From IMG/VR virus record IMGVR_UViG_3300048927_000209: a stretch of 64,000 bases of DNA. One strand, 5' to 3'. The notes below the pieces were generated by a model. It saw only the letters and a program-made list of their open reading frames with translations, was not told the DNA's origin and ran no database searches. The translations under genes and the position numbers were made by a program. This DNA comes from a virus. Of this stretch, positions 16,986 through 25,940 are shown in pieces; within the stretch, counting starts at the first letter, position 1, and every line of letters begins with the position of its first letter.

Positions 16986-17615
16986 TTAACCAGGAATAAC
17001 CAGGGTGACGTCTGCTTCAGCAAACATGGTTGCTGCAATGATCTTCTTCACACGCTGAATGTGCATTGGATCAATGACATACGTCGCACCACCGTTTTCT
17101 TCCAGACGCACGTCACCGCAATCCATACCCGGCATTGGAATGACGATTGGATCCTGCCGACGTTTTTCCAGTGTCACCAAATGACAATATTCAATCAGCG
17201 ACTTTTCGAACGCCGTGTAATTGAACGTCACTTTCTTTGACGTGTGATAGTGCGTGGAGATGATGATGACACTATCACGTTCCAGGATCATCAGGTGACC
17301 GAGTTTACGCGCATCGTACGGGACGGTGGCATACTGCGTCAGCATGATCGGTGCAGCACGATCGTTTACAGCTTTACCGTCTTCACGGACAGCTGCTTCC
17401 AACTTGATCAGCGGGGTCTGGTCATATTTAGCAATCAGCTCTTCACGACGTTTCGCATCGAGCAGGAAGTTTTCAAGAACGTAATTGTTCTTCAACCACA
17501 CGGTGTTGTTGCTCAGCAGCATCACACCTTTTAATTGGGTTTGAATGGTAAATGGATTGCCGGTAGCTTCTTTCACTACGGCGGTCGGGCTGGTCACTGC
17601 TACGGGTTTAGTCAT
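16986..17615 (-). CDS. hypothetical protein (209 aa)
   Basis: Track start is TTG; ATG 17615 with SD GAGG 7 nt upstream. Confidence 0.55.
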   Translation of the reverse strand: MTKPVAVTSPTAVVKEATGNPFTIQTQLKGVMLLSNNTVWLKNNYVLENFLLDAKRREELIAKYDQTPLIKLEAAVREDGKAVNDRAAPIMLTQYATVPYDARKLGHLMILERDSVIIISTHYHTSKKVTFNYTAFEKSLIEYCHLVTLEKRRQDPIVIPMPGMDCGDVRLEENGGATYVIDPMHIQRVKKIIAATMFAEADVTLVIPG

Positions 17616-17624
17616 TGGGTACCT

Positions 17625-17656
17625 CAAAGGGGAAACAAGGGGATGGCGACATCCCC
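17625..17656 (-). terminator. hairpin after DHFR-fusion gene
   Basis: Minus strand GGGGATG-TCGC-CATCCCC + TTGTTTCC (weak U tract). Confidence 0.45.
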
Positions 17657-17663
17657 AGTAAGT

Positions 17664-19334
17664 TTATTTACGGGTCAGCACATAACGGCTGTACGGCAAT
17701 GGCGGTGAGACTGATTCATCCTTGAGATCTTCAGCCAGGATGGTAACATCCCACTTGCCATTGATGTCACTGCCGGTCAGTGGGAAGAACACATCCGCAT
17801 GGGTGTCGTCACTGTGGATACTGGTGAGATACACTTTCTGTGTGTCCTCCATGAACAGATCATACACTTCACCACCACCGATGACAAAGATCTCTTTACC
17901 TTTGGCCACGCGGTTAGCCAGTAACAGCGCTTCTTCTTTGGTGGTCACGCACAGCAGGTTGTTGTAATCAACTTCATCGCCACCGCTCAGCAGGCTCAGG
18001 TCAGCATGCTCTTCCTGGTAACGCATCACGTACTCAGGATCACGGGTCAACACGATGTTGATGCGGTTTGGCAGTGGTTTACCAATTGACTCAAAAGTCT
18101 TACGACCCATGATCACAACGTTGCCGGTGGTGGTTTGGCGGAAGAACTGCAGATCTTCCTTAATACGCCACAGCAGATCAGAACCAATCCCAATGCCATT
18201 GGTCGGGCCCACTGCAACAATCGCTGACACGGTTGACTTGTCCATGTCCGGATCACCAAACGGCATTTCTGCTTCAGGCTGTTGAATAGGCAACAGACCC
18301 AGCCCTGCACGGATACGCTGTTCGTTCTTGCGATACACCTCTTCCGCTTCTACCGGACGCTCATCCAACCCGAAGGTAGTAGAGATCTCCAGTGAAGAAT
18401 CGGCTGCACCCACAAAGAAACGCATTTCAGCACGGATGGCGTTTTGCGACTCCATGTAGGTATGGGTGATCATGCAGTTAATTTCAGGGTTGATGCTGCC
18501 ACGAACAGAAACGGTCAATCCATCCGTTAACGCCGTGAACTCATGCAGGCCGAACATGTCGTTCAACATCTTGTTCAGATTCTGAGCGAGTATCGTACGC
18601 GTAGGAATATCCATCACTTCCATGTCGCCGTAATTGATGCCCAGGATCAGTTTACGATGCAGTTCCAACAACACATTGATCAGACCGTACTGGGTCAGGT
18701 TGCTGTCCGAGAACAGTTCTTCACCGCCGTCACGCAAAACAGTCAAACGTGACTGCAGCGTAAAGGTGTTGTTTTCCGCCACCTCGTACTGGTAAACCAC
18801 GCCATCGAAGAACACGCTACCCACTGTGTTCATGACAACGTGATCGTTGGTGGTCAGACGACTGTACAGTTCGTGTGGCGATGGCACGTGTTCGCTGTGT
18901 TTGACTTCAATCTCCTGCCACGCCTGCCCTGGGATCATGTAACGGATGATCAGGTCGTAACCGTCAGTGGTGGTCACCTCGACGTACAGGGTTCCGCCAT
19001 TAACCGCTTCCGCCACATTGAGTTTGACATCCAGCCAATCTGCGGTCACGAAATCGTGTTGACCCGTGGTCTGGTGTAAGGTGTTCATGACCAGCGTCAG
19101 AATGCTCTCGGCAAACAGATCGGTTGGCTTAACGTAATCACGCTCAAACAACGCTTCCAGATAGACGTAGGACAGGATCTTCTTGTCGGTCCAGTGGATC
19201 GCATCACGGTCATGCACGGCACGCACCACGGTGTCATTCACATAAAGAATGACCGGCGCAATTTCGTTGTCCTCTGGATTACGGACAATCGTCAATACCT
19301 GGTCGACAGGCGTGAAGTTTAATTCGTTGCTCAT
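17664..19334 (-). CDS. folA: dihydrofolate reductase fused to a ~366-aa N-terminal domain of unknown function
   Basis: C-terminal 190 aa: [70 protein letters not shown] (DHFR motifs). Start at ATG 19334 (SD TAAGGA); track start is TTG. Confidence 0.85.
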   Translation of the reverse strand: MSNELNFTPVDQVLTIVRNPEDNEIAPVILYVNDTVVRAVHDRDAIHWTDKKILSYVYLEALFERDYVKPTDLFAESILTLVMNTLHQTTGQHDFVTADWLDVKLNVAEAVNGGTLYVEVTTTDGYDLIIRYMIPGQAWQEIEVKHSEHVPSPHELYSRLTTNDHVVMNTVGSVFFDGVVYQYEVAENNTFTLQSRLTVLRDGGEELFSDSNLTQYGLINVLLELHRKLILGINYGDMEVMDIPTRTILAQNLNKMLNDMFGLHEFTALTDGLTVSVRGSINPEINCMITHTYMESQNAIRAEMRFFVGAADSSLEISTTFGLDERPVEAEEVYRKNEQRIRAGLGLLPIQQPEAEMPFGDPDMDKSTVSAIVAVGPTNGIGIGSDLLWRIKEDLQFFRQTTTGNVVIMGRKTFESIGKPLPNRINIVLTRDPEYVMRYQEEHADLSLLSGGDEVDYNNLLCVTTKEEALLLANRVAKGKEIFVIGGGEVYDLFMEDTQKVYLTSIHSDDTHADVFFPLTGSDINGKWDVTILAEDLKDESVSPPLPYSRYVLTRK

Positions 19335-19376
19335 AAACAATCCTTACGGGTATGGGTAATGGTTAATGGGGTTACA

Positions 19377-19412
19377 TGAAAGTAATGTAGGCACAAGACT
19401 ATTTGCGTTGTG
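19377..19412 (-). promoter_or_regulatory. promoter-like motif, class B
   Basis: Minus strand GCCTACATTACTTTCATGTAACCCC; core 19382-19391; upstream of DHFR-fusion gene. Confidence 0.45.
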
Positions 19413-20007
19413 CCAGGAACTCCACCGCACGTAGCACGGTGCTGTAGATGGGTTCACTGCGATACGGAAGATGAAAGCCGGTATCTGGCGTAAAGTCAGC
19501 AAACTCTTTATCAAAGAAGTTCACAAACGGCAACGCATAGGCGTGATCTTTTTGATACGCACATAACTGCTTTGCCATGTTGTCCCACTCTTCATCGGTG
19601 ATGGCGGTTATACCGTGGTCGTAATACAACCCGGCATTGACAGACACCGCGGAACGCAACGTCCGAATACGCCGCACAGCATCGTCCACGTTAATGATGT
19701 TGGCTTGGATCTCTTCATTAGAAAGCCCCGCCACACGCATTCCTTTTATATCGTGTTCGATCAGCCCGTTGATGTGCGCGACTGCCTCCTCGATAGTAGG
19801 GAATGTGTTCTCCATGGAGATCTTCACTTTTGGTGCGTGTTTGTGTTCACCCGCCATCAGCTTGTAGATCTCGTTAGGCACGCCCGTGGGATGCTGTTTG
19901 CTAAACTGGTACAAGGTATTCCACTTCTCTTCACCGCTAAGTGAAGACGCGACGTACCAAAGTCGCTTCACCGGCTGGTCGAAATAGAACATGATTCCGT
20001 AGAACAT
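19399..20007 (-). CDS. hypothetical protein (weak GIY-YIG-like N-terminus; LigA domain-Ia-like segment)
   Basis: YGIMFYFDQPVKRLWYVASS resembles GIY-(10-11)-YIG; LRSAVSVNAGLYYDHGITAITDEEWDNMAKQL resembles the YY..isD.EYD..L of NAD-ligase domain Ia; motif-level only. Confidence 0.5.
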   Translation of the reverse strand: MFYGIMFYFDQPVKRLWYVASSLSGEEKWNTLYQFSKQHPTGVPNEIYKLMAGEHKHAPKVKISMENTFPTIEEAVAHINGLIEHDIKGMRVAGLSNEEIQANIINVDDAVRRIRTLRSAVSVNAGLYYDHGITAITDEEWDNMAKQLCAYQKDHAYALPFVNFFDKEFADFTPDTGFHLPYRSEPIYSTVLRAVEFLAQRK

Positions 20008-20009
20008 AA

Positions 20010-20381
20010 TTACCCCACGGGTTTGGTTAAGTCATACAAGACCTGATGAACACCTTTCATGCAGATATTAATGCACGTATTAATGTTCTTCGGTAAACGT
20101 GCCAACGCACTTGAACCGGGCTCAGGTGGCGGTGACATGGTTGAGGGATGAATAGGAACATAGGGGAATTCAACGGTCATCGCGCGTTCATGATCCTGAG
20201 CATCGAAGACGGCATCAAAGCGATCTCCTATCCGGTTCATTTCCCGCTTCAACTCTTTTTGAATTCCCACCATACGCTCAGCTGTTACGTAGAGGTCGTA
20301 GTTACATACCCCCACTAGTTTCAGCTGAGGTTCCTCAGGACACGTAACATGAAATAACACACTGTACGCAATTGCTTTCAT
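20010..20381 (-). CDS. hypothetical protein (123 aa)
   Basis: Start moved to ATG 20381, 10 nt after upstream stop; longer track ORF overlaps upstream gene. Confidence 0.5.
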   Translation of the reverse strand: MKAIAYSVLFHVTCPEEPQLKLVGVCNYDLYVTAERMVGIQKELKREMNRIGDRFDAVFDAQDHERAMTVEFPYVPIHPSTMSPPPEPGSSALARLPKNINTCINICMKGVHQVLYDLTKPVG

Positions 20382-20391
20382 GTCATATCCG

Positions 20392-20796
20392 TTAAAGCAG
20401 TTCGGATAACGTAGTGCACACCCAACCATCATCTTCGGTGTGTGACGCCACAGGTTTATTGTAAAGCAGACCCAGCGCCTTGAAGTAAATCGTGCGCTGC
20501 ATGTCATAGCTCATTGTGTAACGATCAAATTCACCGTGTAAGGCTGAATTGATGTCGAATGGCTTGACAAAACTTATTTCGGTTACCGGCTGTACGTTAT
20601 GGAGTAGGACTTGAATTGCATCCGTTTCATTGGGTGCAGCAACCACACCCATATACGTGCAGCGATCGTTATCGATACTTTGACCGGAGATCCAATAACT
20701 CAGAAACTCCGGCGTCGGTATCTCACGCAACATGCGATACAGCCCCGCTGATTCATCGACTGCCCAGCGGATATTCCACAGCTTTAATTCGGTCAT
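20392..20796 (-). CDS. hypothetical protein (134 aa)
   Basis: Start moved to ATG 20796 (SD GGAGGA). Confidence 0.55.
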   Translation of the reverse strand: MTELKLWNIRWAVDESAGLYRMLREIPTPEFLSYWISGQSIDNDRCTYMGVVAAPNETDAIQVLLHNVQPVTEISFVKPFDINSALHGEFDRYTMSYDMQRTIYFKALGLLYNKPVASHTEDDGWVCTTLSELL

Positions 20797-20832
20797 AGTG
20801 TCCTCCATATAAAGAGTGGAATTAGTCCGCGA

Positions 20833-21309
20833 TTACATGTTCAGTACGATGTGGCGGAAATGACTGACGAAACGGTGCTGGTCGGTCTCAATACAAATCC
20901 ACTCACTGTGGTCCGTAAAGAGTTTCACCTGCAGTTCCATCCGATTGATTTCCGGGCAGATAGCTAAACGTGCGCTGGTTGCAAACTTGTTCGTCTTCAA
21001 CGGGATAATCACCGCATCAAACGATTCCAAGTAAGGGATCTTCAAACTCACATGTTTGTACCACTGCTCTTTGGTGTAACGGTTGCGAACGGCATTTTTA
21101 ACCACCCGCACACGTTTCTGACTGTGGACAAGCTTGTGCATTTCGAACAGGTTCAGGCCGTCCGTCTGTGTTGCCACATACTGGGTGAAGCTGCGAAACA
21201 TGGAAAGAAACTTTTCACGGTCAATACCCAAGTCGTCCAGGTCGGGCAGTATCTCATGGAACGACACTTCGATCGGGCACGGGTTGACGTAGTTGGGTTT
21301 GATTCTCAT
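20833..21309 (-). CDS. hypothetical protein (158 aa)
   Basis: ATGA overlap with upstream ORF. Confidence 0.55.
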   Translation of the reverse strand: MRIKPNYVNPCPIEVSFHEILPDLDDLGIDREKFLSMFRSFTQYVATQTDGLNLFEMHKLVHSQKRVRVVKNAVRNRYTKEQWYKHVSLKIPYLESFDAVIIPLKTNKFATSARLAICPEINRMELQVKLFTDHSEWICIETDQHRFVSHFRHIVLNM

Positions 21310-21836
21310 AACGCACCTTCAAACGCTGGGAGTTCTTTCACCGCACGGTAACGCGCCTGCAACACCGGGATAGCAGCTTCGCACTCGTACTCCGCGACCT
21401 TAGCGATGCAGTGGTGCAGTTCCTCAGGCAACTTGAGACCGTAACGCTCAACAAAAGCTTTCACCAGGAAGGCCCCGTGGGAGTCTACCGGCATCCATTC
21501 TTCACACGCTGAACGGTACTCCAGCTCATGAATCGGGTCCAGGTCACCACGGCTCCACTCCTGGTTAGCCGACGTACCTTCCGGATACCCTTCGGGATAC
21601 TGGGTGTCGTAGTCCACGCCATCGATACGCATCCAGCAGTGGTTACGGTTAACCAGGATCGCCACGTTGTAGTTGAACTTCTCGCGCAGTACCTGACTGG
21701 CAGCAATCGCAACCAACCCACAATCGCCGCTGTTGATGGCTTTCACTGTTGCGGAGTGGTCTTCCAGTTGGCGGTCGGCGTTATACGCAACCCAGCAACG
21801 AACCAGGTCATTTAATACATTAGCAATGGTGCTCAT
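21306..21836 (-). CDS. hypothetical protein with papain/transglutaminase-like Cys-His-Asp signature (tentative)
   Basis: INSGDCGLVAIAASQVL..(27 aa)..NRNHCWMRIDGVDYD: C..H..D order and context like transglutaminase-core cysteine peptidases, but spacing is shorter than typical. Confidence 0.35.
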   Translation of the reverse strand: MSTIANVLNDLVRCWVAYNADRQLEDHSATVKAINSGDCGLVAIAASQVLREKFNYNVAILVNRNHCWMRIDGVDYDTQYPEGYPEGTSANQEWSRGDLDPIHELEYRSACEEWMPVDSHGAFLVKAFVERYGLKLPEELHHCIAKVAEYECEAAIPVLQARYRAVKELPAFEGAL

Positions 21837-21845
21837 GGTCTTTCC

Positions 21846-22487
21846 TTATTTAGTCAGGTCCAGGCCTAAAACTTCGGTGATGAGGGATTTGTTCGTTTCA
21901 AACACAACGCCCACATCGATCTTTGGGTTCTCGGTCATATCGTGTTTAATGGTAACACTGCGCTCAACGTTACCGTCTACTACTGTGAAGGTGATCTTCT
22001 GTAAGAAGCCGGGGGTGGCACGACCCATGCTGTCCAGGAAGATAGAGGAGATGCGCCAGTGAATTTCCTTTCCACCAATCTCGATGTTATCGTTATTGAT
22101 GTACTGGTTATCAACAATACTGTTTAACGGCTTCATCGCCGCTTGTGCTTTGACGAGGTCAGCATCCGTCATCTTGTAATGCAGCTGCTCCATCGCACCA
22201 TGCACCACAGCCTTACGCAGCACGCTGAGATAATTCTGCGCAATGGAAGCTAGCCGATCTTCTGGCAGTGGGAACTTGTACGTGTCTTCACGACCAAGCA
22301 AGATATCCAGGTCGTCGTTACCATCAGGACCTGGAATATAAGCCACCGCTTGATAGTACGGTTTTTCCGCATCCATCTGCCACATGTCAACAGTAAGCCC
22401 CTGTTGGTTCCGTGTCAGGAGTTTAACGTGATTGCCTTTGTCTTCCATTGGTTGGAACTGTAACAAGGTAGTGAAATTGGTGTTCAT
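21846..22487 (-). CDS. hypothetical protein (213 aa)
   Basis: ATGA overlap with upstream ORF. Confidence 0.55.
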   Translation of the reverse strand: MNTNFTTLLQFQPMEDKGNHVKLLTRNQQGLTVDMWQMDAEKPYYQAVAYIPGPDGNDDLDILLGREDTYKFPLPEDRLASIAQNYLSVLRKAVVHGAMEQLHYKMTDADLVKAQAAMKPLNSIVDNQYINNDNIEIGGKEIHWRISSIFLDSMGRATPGFLQKITFTVVDGNVERSVTIKHDMTENPKIDVGVVFETNKSLITEVLGLDLTK

Positions 22488-23032
22488 TTGACAAACTCCT
22501 GATGGTACGTAGCGAAAAAGTCGATCATCTCATTCCAGGTTTGCTCTAACCCGTCGTGAATAATTTTGGATACCTCAGAGCTGGAATCGCCGATGTTGTT
22601 GTAACTCATGACGATTTGCCAGCTGGGGTAAAGTTCAGACGATAACTTGGTTCTGCCGGTGGCGGGGTCGACATCAAAGGCCCAGGATAACAGAAAGGAA
22701 CGAATCTCCGGTCGATAAAGACCCCAAGCGTCCCGGTCCAACTTGGCCATGAACAATTCAAAGGCGTCCATTAACCAGCCGCCTTCTTTATTGATGACGA
22801 AGATGATGTTGCGCTTCTGCCGGTCGCTGTAGTGCTTCATGTCATTGCGGGCTTCATATTCACCCTGAGTATGACCAGAGCAAGACCACGTACTACACAC
22901 ACCGGTGAACTCGTTGAACTTTTTCAGACTTTCTACAATACGCGGATCAACCCCATTAAGGTCATTTGCCAACCAATCTTCCCAACGCTGGGTGATGATA
23001 GCAAACTGCGCGTCCGTTACTACGTTGAACAT
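22484..23032 (-). CDS. hypothetical protein (182 aa)
   Basis: SD TAGGAG; leader TTTACCCGTAGGAG. Confidence 0.55.
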   Translation of the reverse strand: MFNVVTDAQFAIITQRWEDWLANDLNGVDPRIVESLKKFNEFTGVCSTWSCSGHTQGEYEARNDMKHYSDRQKRNIIFVINKEGGWLMDAFELFMAKLDRDAWGLYRPEIRSFLLSWAFDVDPATGRTKLSSELYPSWQIVMSYNNIGDSSSEVSKIIHDGLEQTWNEMIDFFATYHQEFVK

Positions 23033-23079
23033 GCGATTCTCCTACGGGTAAAGGAACTGCCCGCCTAAGCGGGCGTGGG

Positions 23080-24717
23080 TTAACGGTTACGCAGTAAATC
23101 TGCCAAACTGTTCAGCACAGCCGATTCAGTGTTAACCGGTTTGTGACGAGGCACGCGCACAGGAACAGCTTCCAGAATATCCTTGGCGCGTTCAGCAATG
23201 AACTTACTGTCCACCACAATCTTCGTATCCTCAGGCATGTTAGACGCATCATAGCGAAGCTGGTCAAACAACACACTGCTGATGTTAATGAGTCGACGTG
23301 CACCAATATCTTCACCACGCTGGTTGCAGTCAAACGCCAACTGAGCAATGTCTTTCACTGCTTCGTCAGTGATGTCGAAATCAACACCCTCTGCACCCAT
23401 GATCGTTTTGAGTTTGGCGATTACGGACCCATGCGGTTTGTTCAAAATCTGATACAGGGAATCTTTGTCCAGCGGTTGCAGACGCACGTGCACTGGAAGA
23501 CGACCCAGTATCTCAGCCGGGACATCGGAGACCTTGGCAATGTTGAACGCGCCTGAGGCAATCCAGAGAATGTTAGCCGTGTTGATACGAAAGCTACGGT
23601 TCTTAGCACGATTGTTACCGTAGTACTGTTCCCGCTCACCCTGCATCGGAACGTCCAGTGTTACCCCGTCCAGATAGGGGAGTAAATCACGCACTACACC
23701 AATGTTACCGACGTTACCACCAGACTTATCAACAAAGATCTTGTCAATCTCATCAATGAAGATAATGCCACGGTCTTCCACCAAACGGACAATGAAGTCA
23801 TCTGGGATATCGCCCGAAGGTCGATTAGCAACCTTGGCGGTCTTAACCAGATCGCCCCATTTGGTCTTATGGTATTTCCCCAATGCAATGGCAATATCCT
23901 TTAACTTATCCGGCGCCATTGCCATGATAACGTTATTGACGTACGACTCGGTCAGTTTGGGACGACGACTCAACCTTGAGTAGTAACTGGTTGGTAGTAG
24001 CGTTTGCAGGTGATCAGCAATGGCCTTGTCTTTCAGTCCCGCCGCTGCAATACACATCGCCGCAAAGTTCTGGTAGATGAGGTAATCACCCGTTGCTTGA
24101 GCGCCACCAAAGCTTAACCCCATCTCTTCCATTATGTCGTCGAAAGCAGACTTCTTCTTCTCACTAGGTGACGTCAGTCGATGATGCAGGATGTAACTTG
24201 CCGGCACAATCAGCTTGTTCAGCTTTCCGGCGTTAGACGCATCTTCTACCTGTGCGTAAGTCAAACCGGCTGGGTCGACCTTAAGATGTTTGGCAACGAG
24301 ATCCTTGTCTTCTAAGAACAGTTTGCGTGTTAACCCGCTCACTGCTGCAGAAGGTGCAGCAGCTTTGCTTTGTTCTTTCCACAGGCTAGGTGCGATACGT
24401 ACAGCTTCTGTAACCAGATCAGAGAGAATGGTTTTCACATCCCGGCCAAAGTAACCCACCTGCGTGAACTCAGTGATCTCTACTTTGATAAACGGTGCGT
24501 TAGTGAGTTCAGCCATCTGGCGGGCCAGCTCAGTTTTTCCCACGCCACTTGGTCCAATCATCAGGATGTTGTTTGGTACCACGTAACGCCATTCCTCACC
24601 GGTATTCTCTAAGCGCAATGCGCGTTCACGGTAAGAAACAGCAATGGCGCGTTTTGCATCCATTTGACCAATGACGAACTGGTCTAAGTACTGCGTGATT
24701 TCAAATGTAGTTTTCAT
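23080..24717 (-). CDS. hslU: HslU-type AAA+ unfoldase with enlarged intermediate domain
   Basis: LDQFVIGQMDAKRAIAV; ILMIGPSGVGKTELARQMAELTNAPFIKVEITEFTQVGYFG (Walker A); GIIFIDEIDKI (Walker B); ILWIASGAF; GRLPVHVRL; IGARRL. ATGA overlap with upstream ORF. Confidence 0.9.
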   Translation of the reverse strand: MKTTFEITQYLDQFVIGQMDAKRAIAVSYRERALRLENTGEEWRYVVPNNILMIGPSGVGKTELARQMAELTNAPFIKVEITEFTQVGYFGRDVKTILSDLVTEAVRIAPSLWKEQSKAAAPSAAVSGLTRKLFLEDKDLVAKHLKVDPAGLTYAQVEDASNAGKLNKLIVPASYILHHRLTSPSEKKKSAFDDIMEEMGLSFGGAQATGDYLIYQNFAAMCIAAAGLKDKAIADHLQTLLPTSYYSRLSRRPKLTESYVNNVIMAMAPDKLKDIAIALGKYHKTKWGDLVKTAKVANRPSGDIPDDFIVRLVEDRGIIFIDEIDKIFVDKSGGNVGNIGVVRDLLPYLDGVTLDVPMQGEREQYYGNNRAKNRSFRINTANILWIASGAFNIAKVSDVPAEILGRLPVHVRLQPLDKDSLYQILNKPHGSVIAKLKTIMGAEGVDFDITDEAVKDIAQLAFDCNQRGEDIGARRLINISSVLFDQLRYDASNMPEDTKIVVDSKFIAERAKDILEAVPVRVPRHKPVNTESAVLNSLADLLRNR

Positions 24718-25034
24718 ACACCATGACCTATTGTTATCTGATAGTTCACAGGGGTCGCTGACACATCCAGGATGGTTAACAGGATACCCGTGTGTTGAAT
24801 AAGCGCAGGTTGCAGATGCCGATATAGACGCAGAAAGATGTCGCGACCTAATGGGTCCCAGGTCTGCATGTCTTGTTCCAGACGCGGATAGTGTAACGGA
24901 TTGGATACTGCAACCAGAACGTTCAAAATAATCGGACGCAGGTAATCGGTTTTCTTTTGATTCACCGCCAAATCACTGCTGAGTGGAAGAACTGGCAGTA
25001 AGGGGTTGGTAATGTCGAAGATCGACCGGTCCAT
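24714..25034 (-). CDS. hypothetical protein (106 aa), first gene of the hslU-like operon
   Basis: Strong SD AAGGAG; promoter-like motif 25096-25105 upstream. Confidence 0.6.
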   Translation of the reverse strand: MDRSIFDITNPLLPVLPLSSDLAVNQKKTDYLRPIILNVLVAVSNPLHYPRLEQDMQTWDPLGRDIFLRLYRHLQPALIQHTGILLTILDVSATPVNYQITIGHGV

Positions 25035-25089
25035 TCTGACTCCTTGATCATTGAACGCTATAAATGTAAAGGCTTATGTTCAGGGTTAC

Positions 25090-25125
25090 ATAAAGGTAAT
25101 GTAGGTATAAAAACATTTAGGCGGC
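25090..25125 (-). promoter_or_regulatory. promoter-like motif, class B
   Basis: Minus strand ACCTACATTACCTTTATGTAACCC; core 25096-25105; directly after terminator, upstream of hslU-like operon. Confidence 0.45.
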
Positions 25126-25148
25126 ATAAAACCAGGGACGAGCCCTGG
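25121..25148 (-). terminator. hairpin terminator with UUUUAUGCCG tail
   Basis: CCAGGG-5 nt-CCCTGG + TTTTATGCCGCC; 7 nt after stop of LamG gene. Confidence 0.6.
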
Positions 25149-25154
25149 CTATGC

Positions 25155-25862
25155 TTATTTGAAGATTGGGTGAGGTGGGGTGAAGTTAGCGCTGTAGCGT
25201 GCAAAGTTGTATAACCCAAATTCAGGCATATACAAATCACCCGTACCACTGTTTGCTTTACCAATGGTAAAAGCCGATAACCCACCGGACAGATCAAACG
25301 CCCCGTTGAAATCAGGCAGGTTATAGGTGGTACCTGTTCCAGAGGCCAACATTTGTTGGACGCCGTCAATGTAGAAGACGCAGCGGTTGTTCTTACGTAC
25401 CAACGCGTAGTGATGCCAACCGTTTCGCAATGAAGTCCCGGTGACGTTCGGGCTGAAGTTACCGCCATTACCCAGATCGATCCCCACCTGCATACGCTGA
25501 CCATAACCGCCGTTGGCCACGCGAATGGTCAGGTACTTACCGTTCTTAAACGTGAGCAACAACAGGGGGTAGTAGTCGCCCGGGAGTGTCGACATCCAAC
25601 ACCAACACTCCAGGGTAAAATCACTGGACCCCAATGTGTCAATTGCACTCAGCGGTGTCACGTTAGCAAAAGTACCCAAGCAACGTAGGCTTTGCGTATA
25701 CCCACTGATTTCTGCGCCCGAACCATGTGCGGTAATCACACCACCGGAATAGCTGGTTACTGCCGGTGTACTGGTGCTCTTCCCCTGATCAAAGTTAAAG
25801 CCCATGACCGGGGTGCCTGGCACAATACTCCCTCTACTCCTCCCCATAATCATTTCTAACAT
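25155..25862 (-). CDS. concanavalin-A/LamG-like lectin-fold protein with MLEMIMG N-terminus
   Basis: SSDFTLECWCW..GWHHYALVR..VFYIDGV..FTIGKA..LYMPEFGLYNFA typical of LamG (Laminin_G_3). Track ATG 25910 lies in the terminator tail; start moved to ATG 25862/25865 (SD GGGGTG). Confidence 0.65.
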   Translation of the reverse strand: MLEMIMGRSRGSIVPGTPVMGFNFDQGKSTSTPAVTSYSGGVITAHGSGAEISGYTQSLRCLGTFANVTPLSAIDTLGSSDFTLECWCWMSTLPGDYYPLLLLTFKNGKYLTIRVANGGYGQRMQVGIDLGNGGNFSPNVTGTSLRNGWHHYALVRKNNRCVFYIDGVQQMLASGTGTTYNLPDFNGAFDLSGGLSAFTIGKANSGTGDLYMPEFGLYNFARYSANFTPPHPIFK

Positions 25863-25882
25863 CATCGCACCCCATTGTTTAC

Positions 25883-25900
25883 ATCTACCGTTATAGAATT
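25883..25900 (-). promoter_or_regulatory. promoter-like motif (variant TCTATAACGGTAGATGTAAAC)
   Basis: One base shorter than CTATATCACGGTGATGTAA at 55754; between terminator 25905-25933 and ATG 25862. Confidence 0.3.
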
Positions 25901-25904
25901 TGGT

Positions 25905-25933
25905 CAGCATAAAGGCAGGACCGAAGTCCTGCC
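25905..25933 (-). terminator. C(UUCG)G hairpin terminator with UUUAUGCUG tail
   Basis: Minus strand GGCAGGAC-TTCG-GTCCTGCC + TTTATGCTG; after tdk. Confidence 0.75.
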
Positions 25934-25940
25934 CGTATGA

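Noticed and set aside
25863-25910. N-terminal extensions in the ORF track (e.g. ATG 25910; TTG/GTG starts at 10038, 35369, 17627, 19340, 9169, 37274, 40555, 52041, 63588, 63973)
   Set aside because: The track takes the longest ORF, including alternative start codons. The ATG at 25910 belongs to the terminator tail TTTATGCTG. In the other cases a downstream ATG with a proper SD removes overlaps with the upstream gene. The chosen starts remain predictions.
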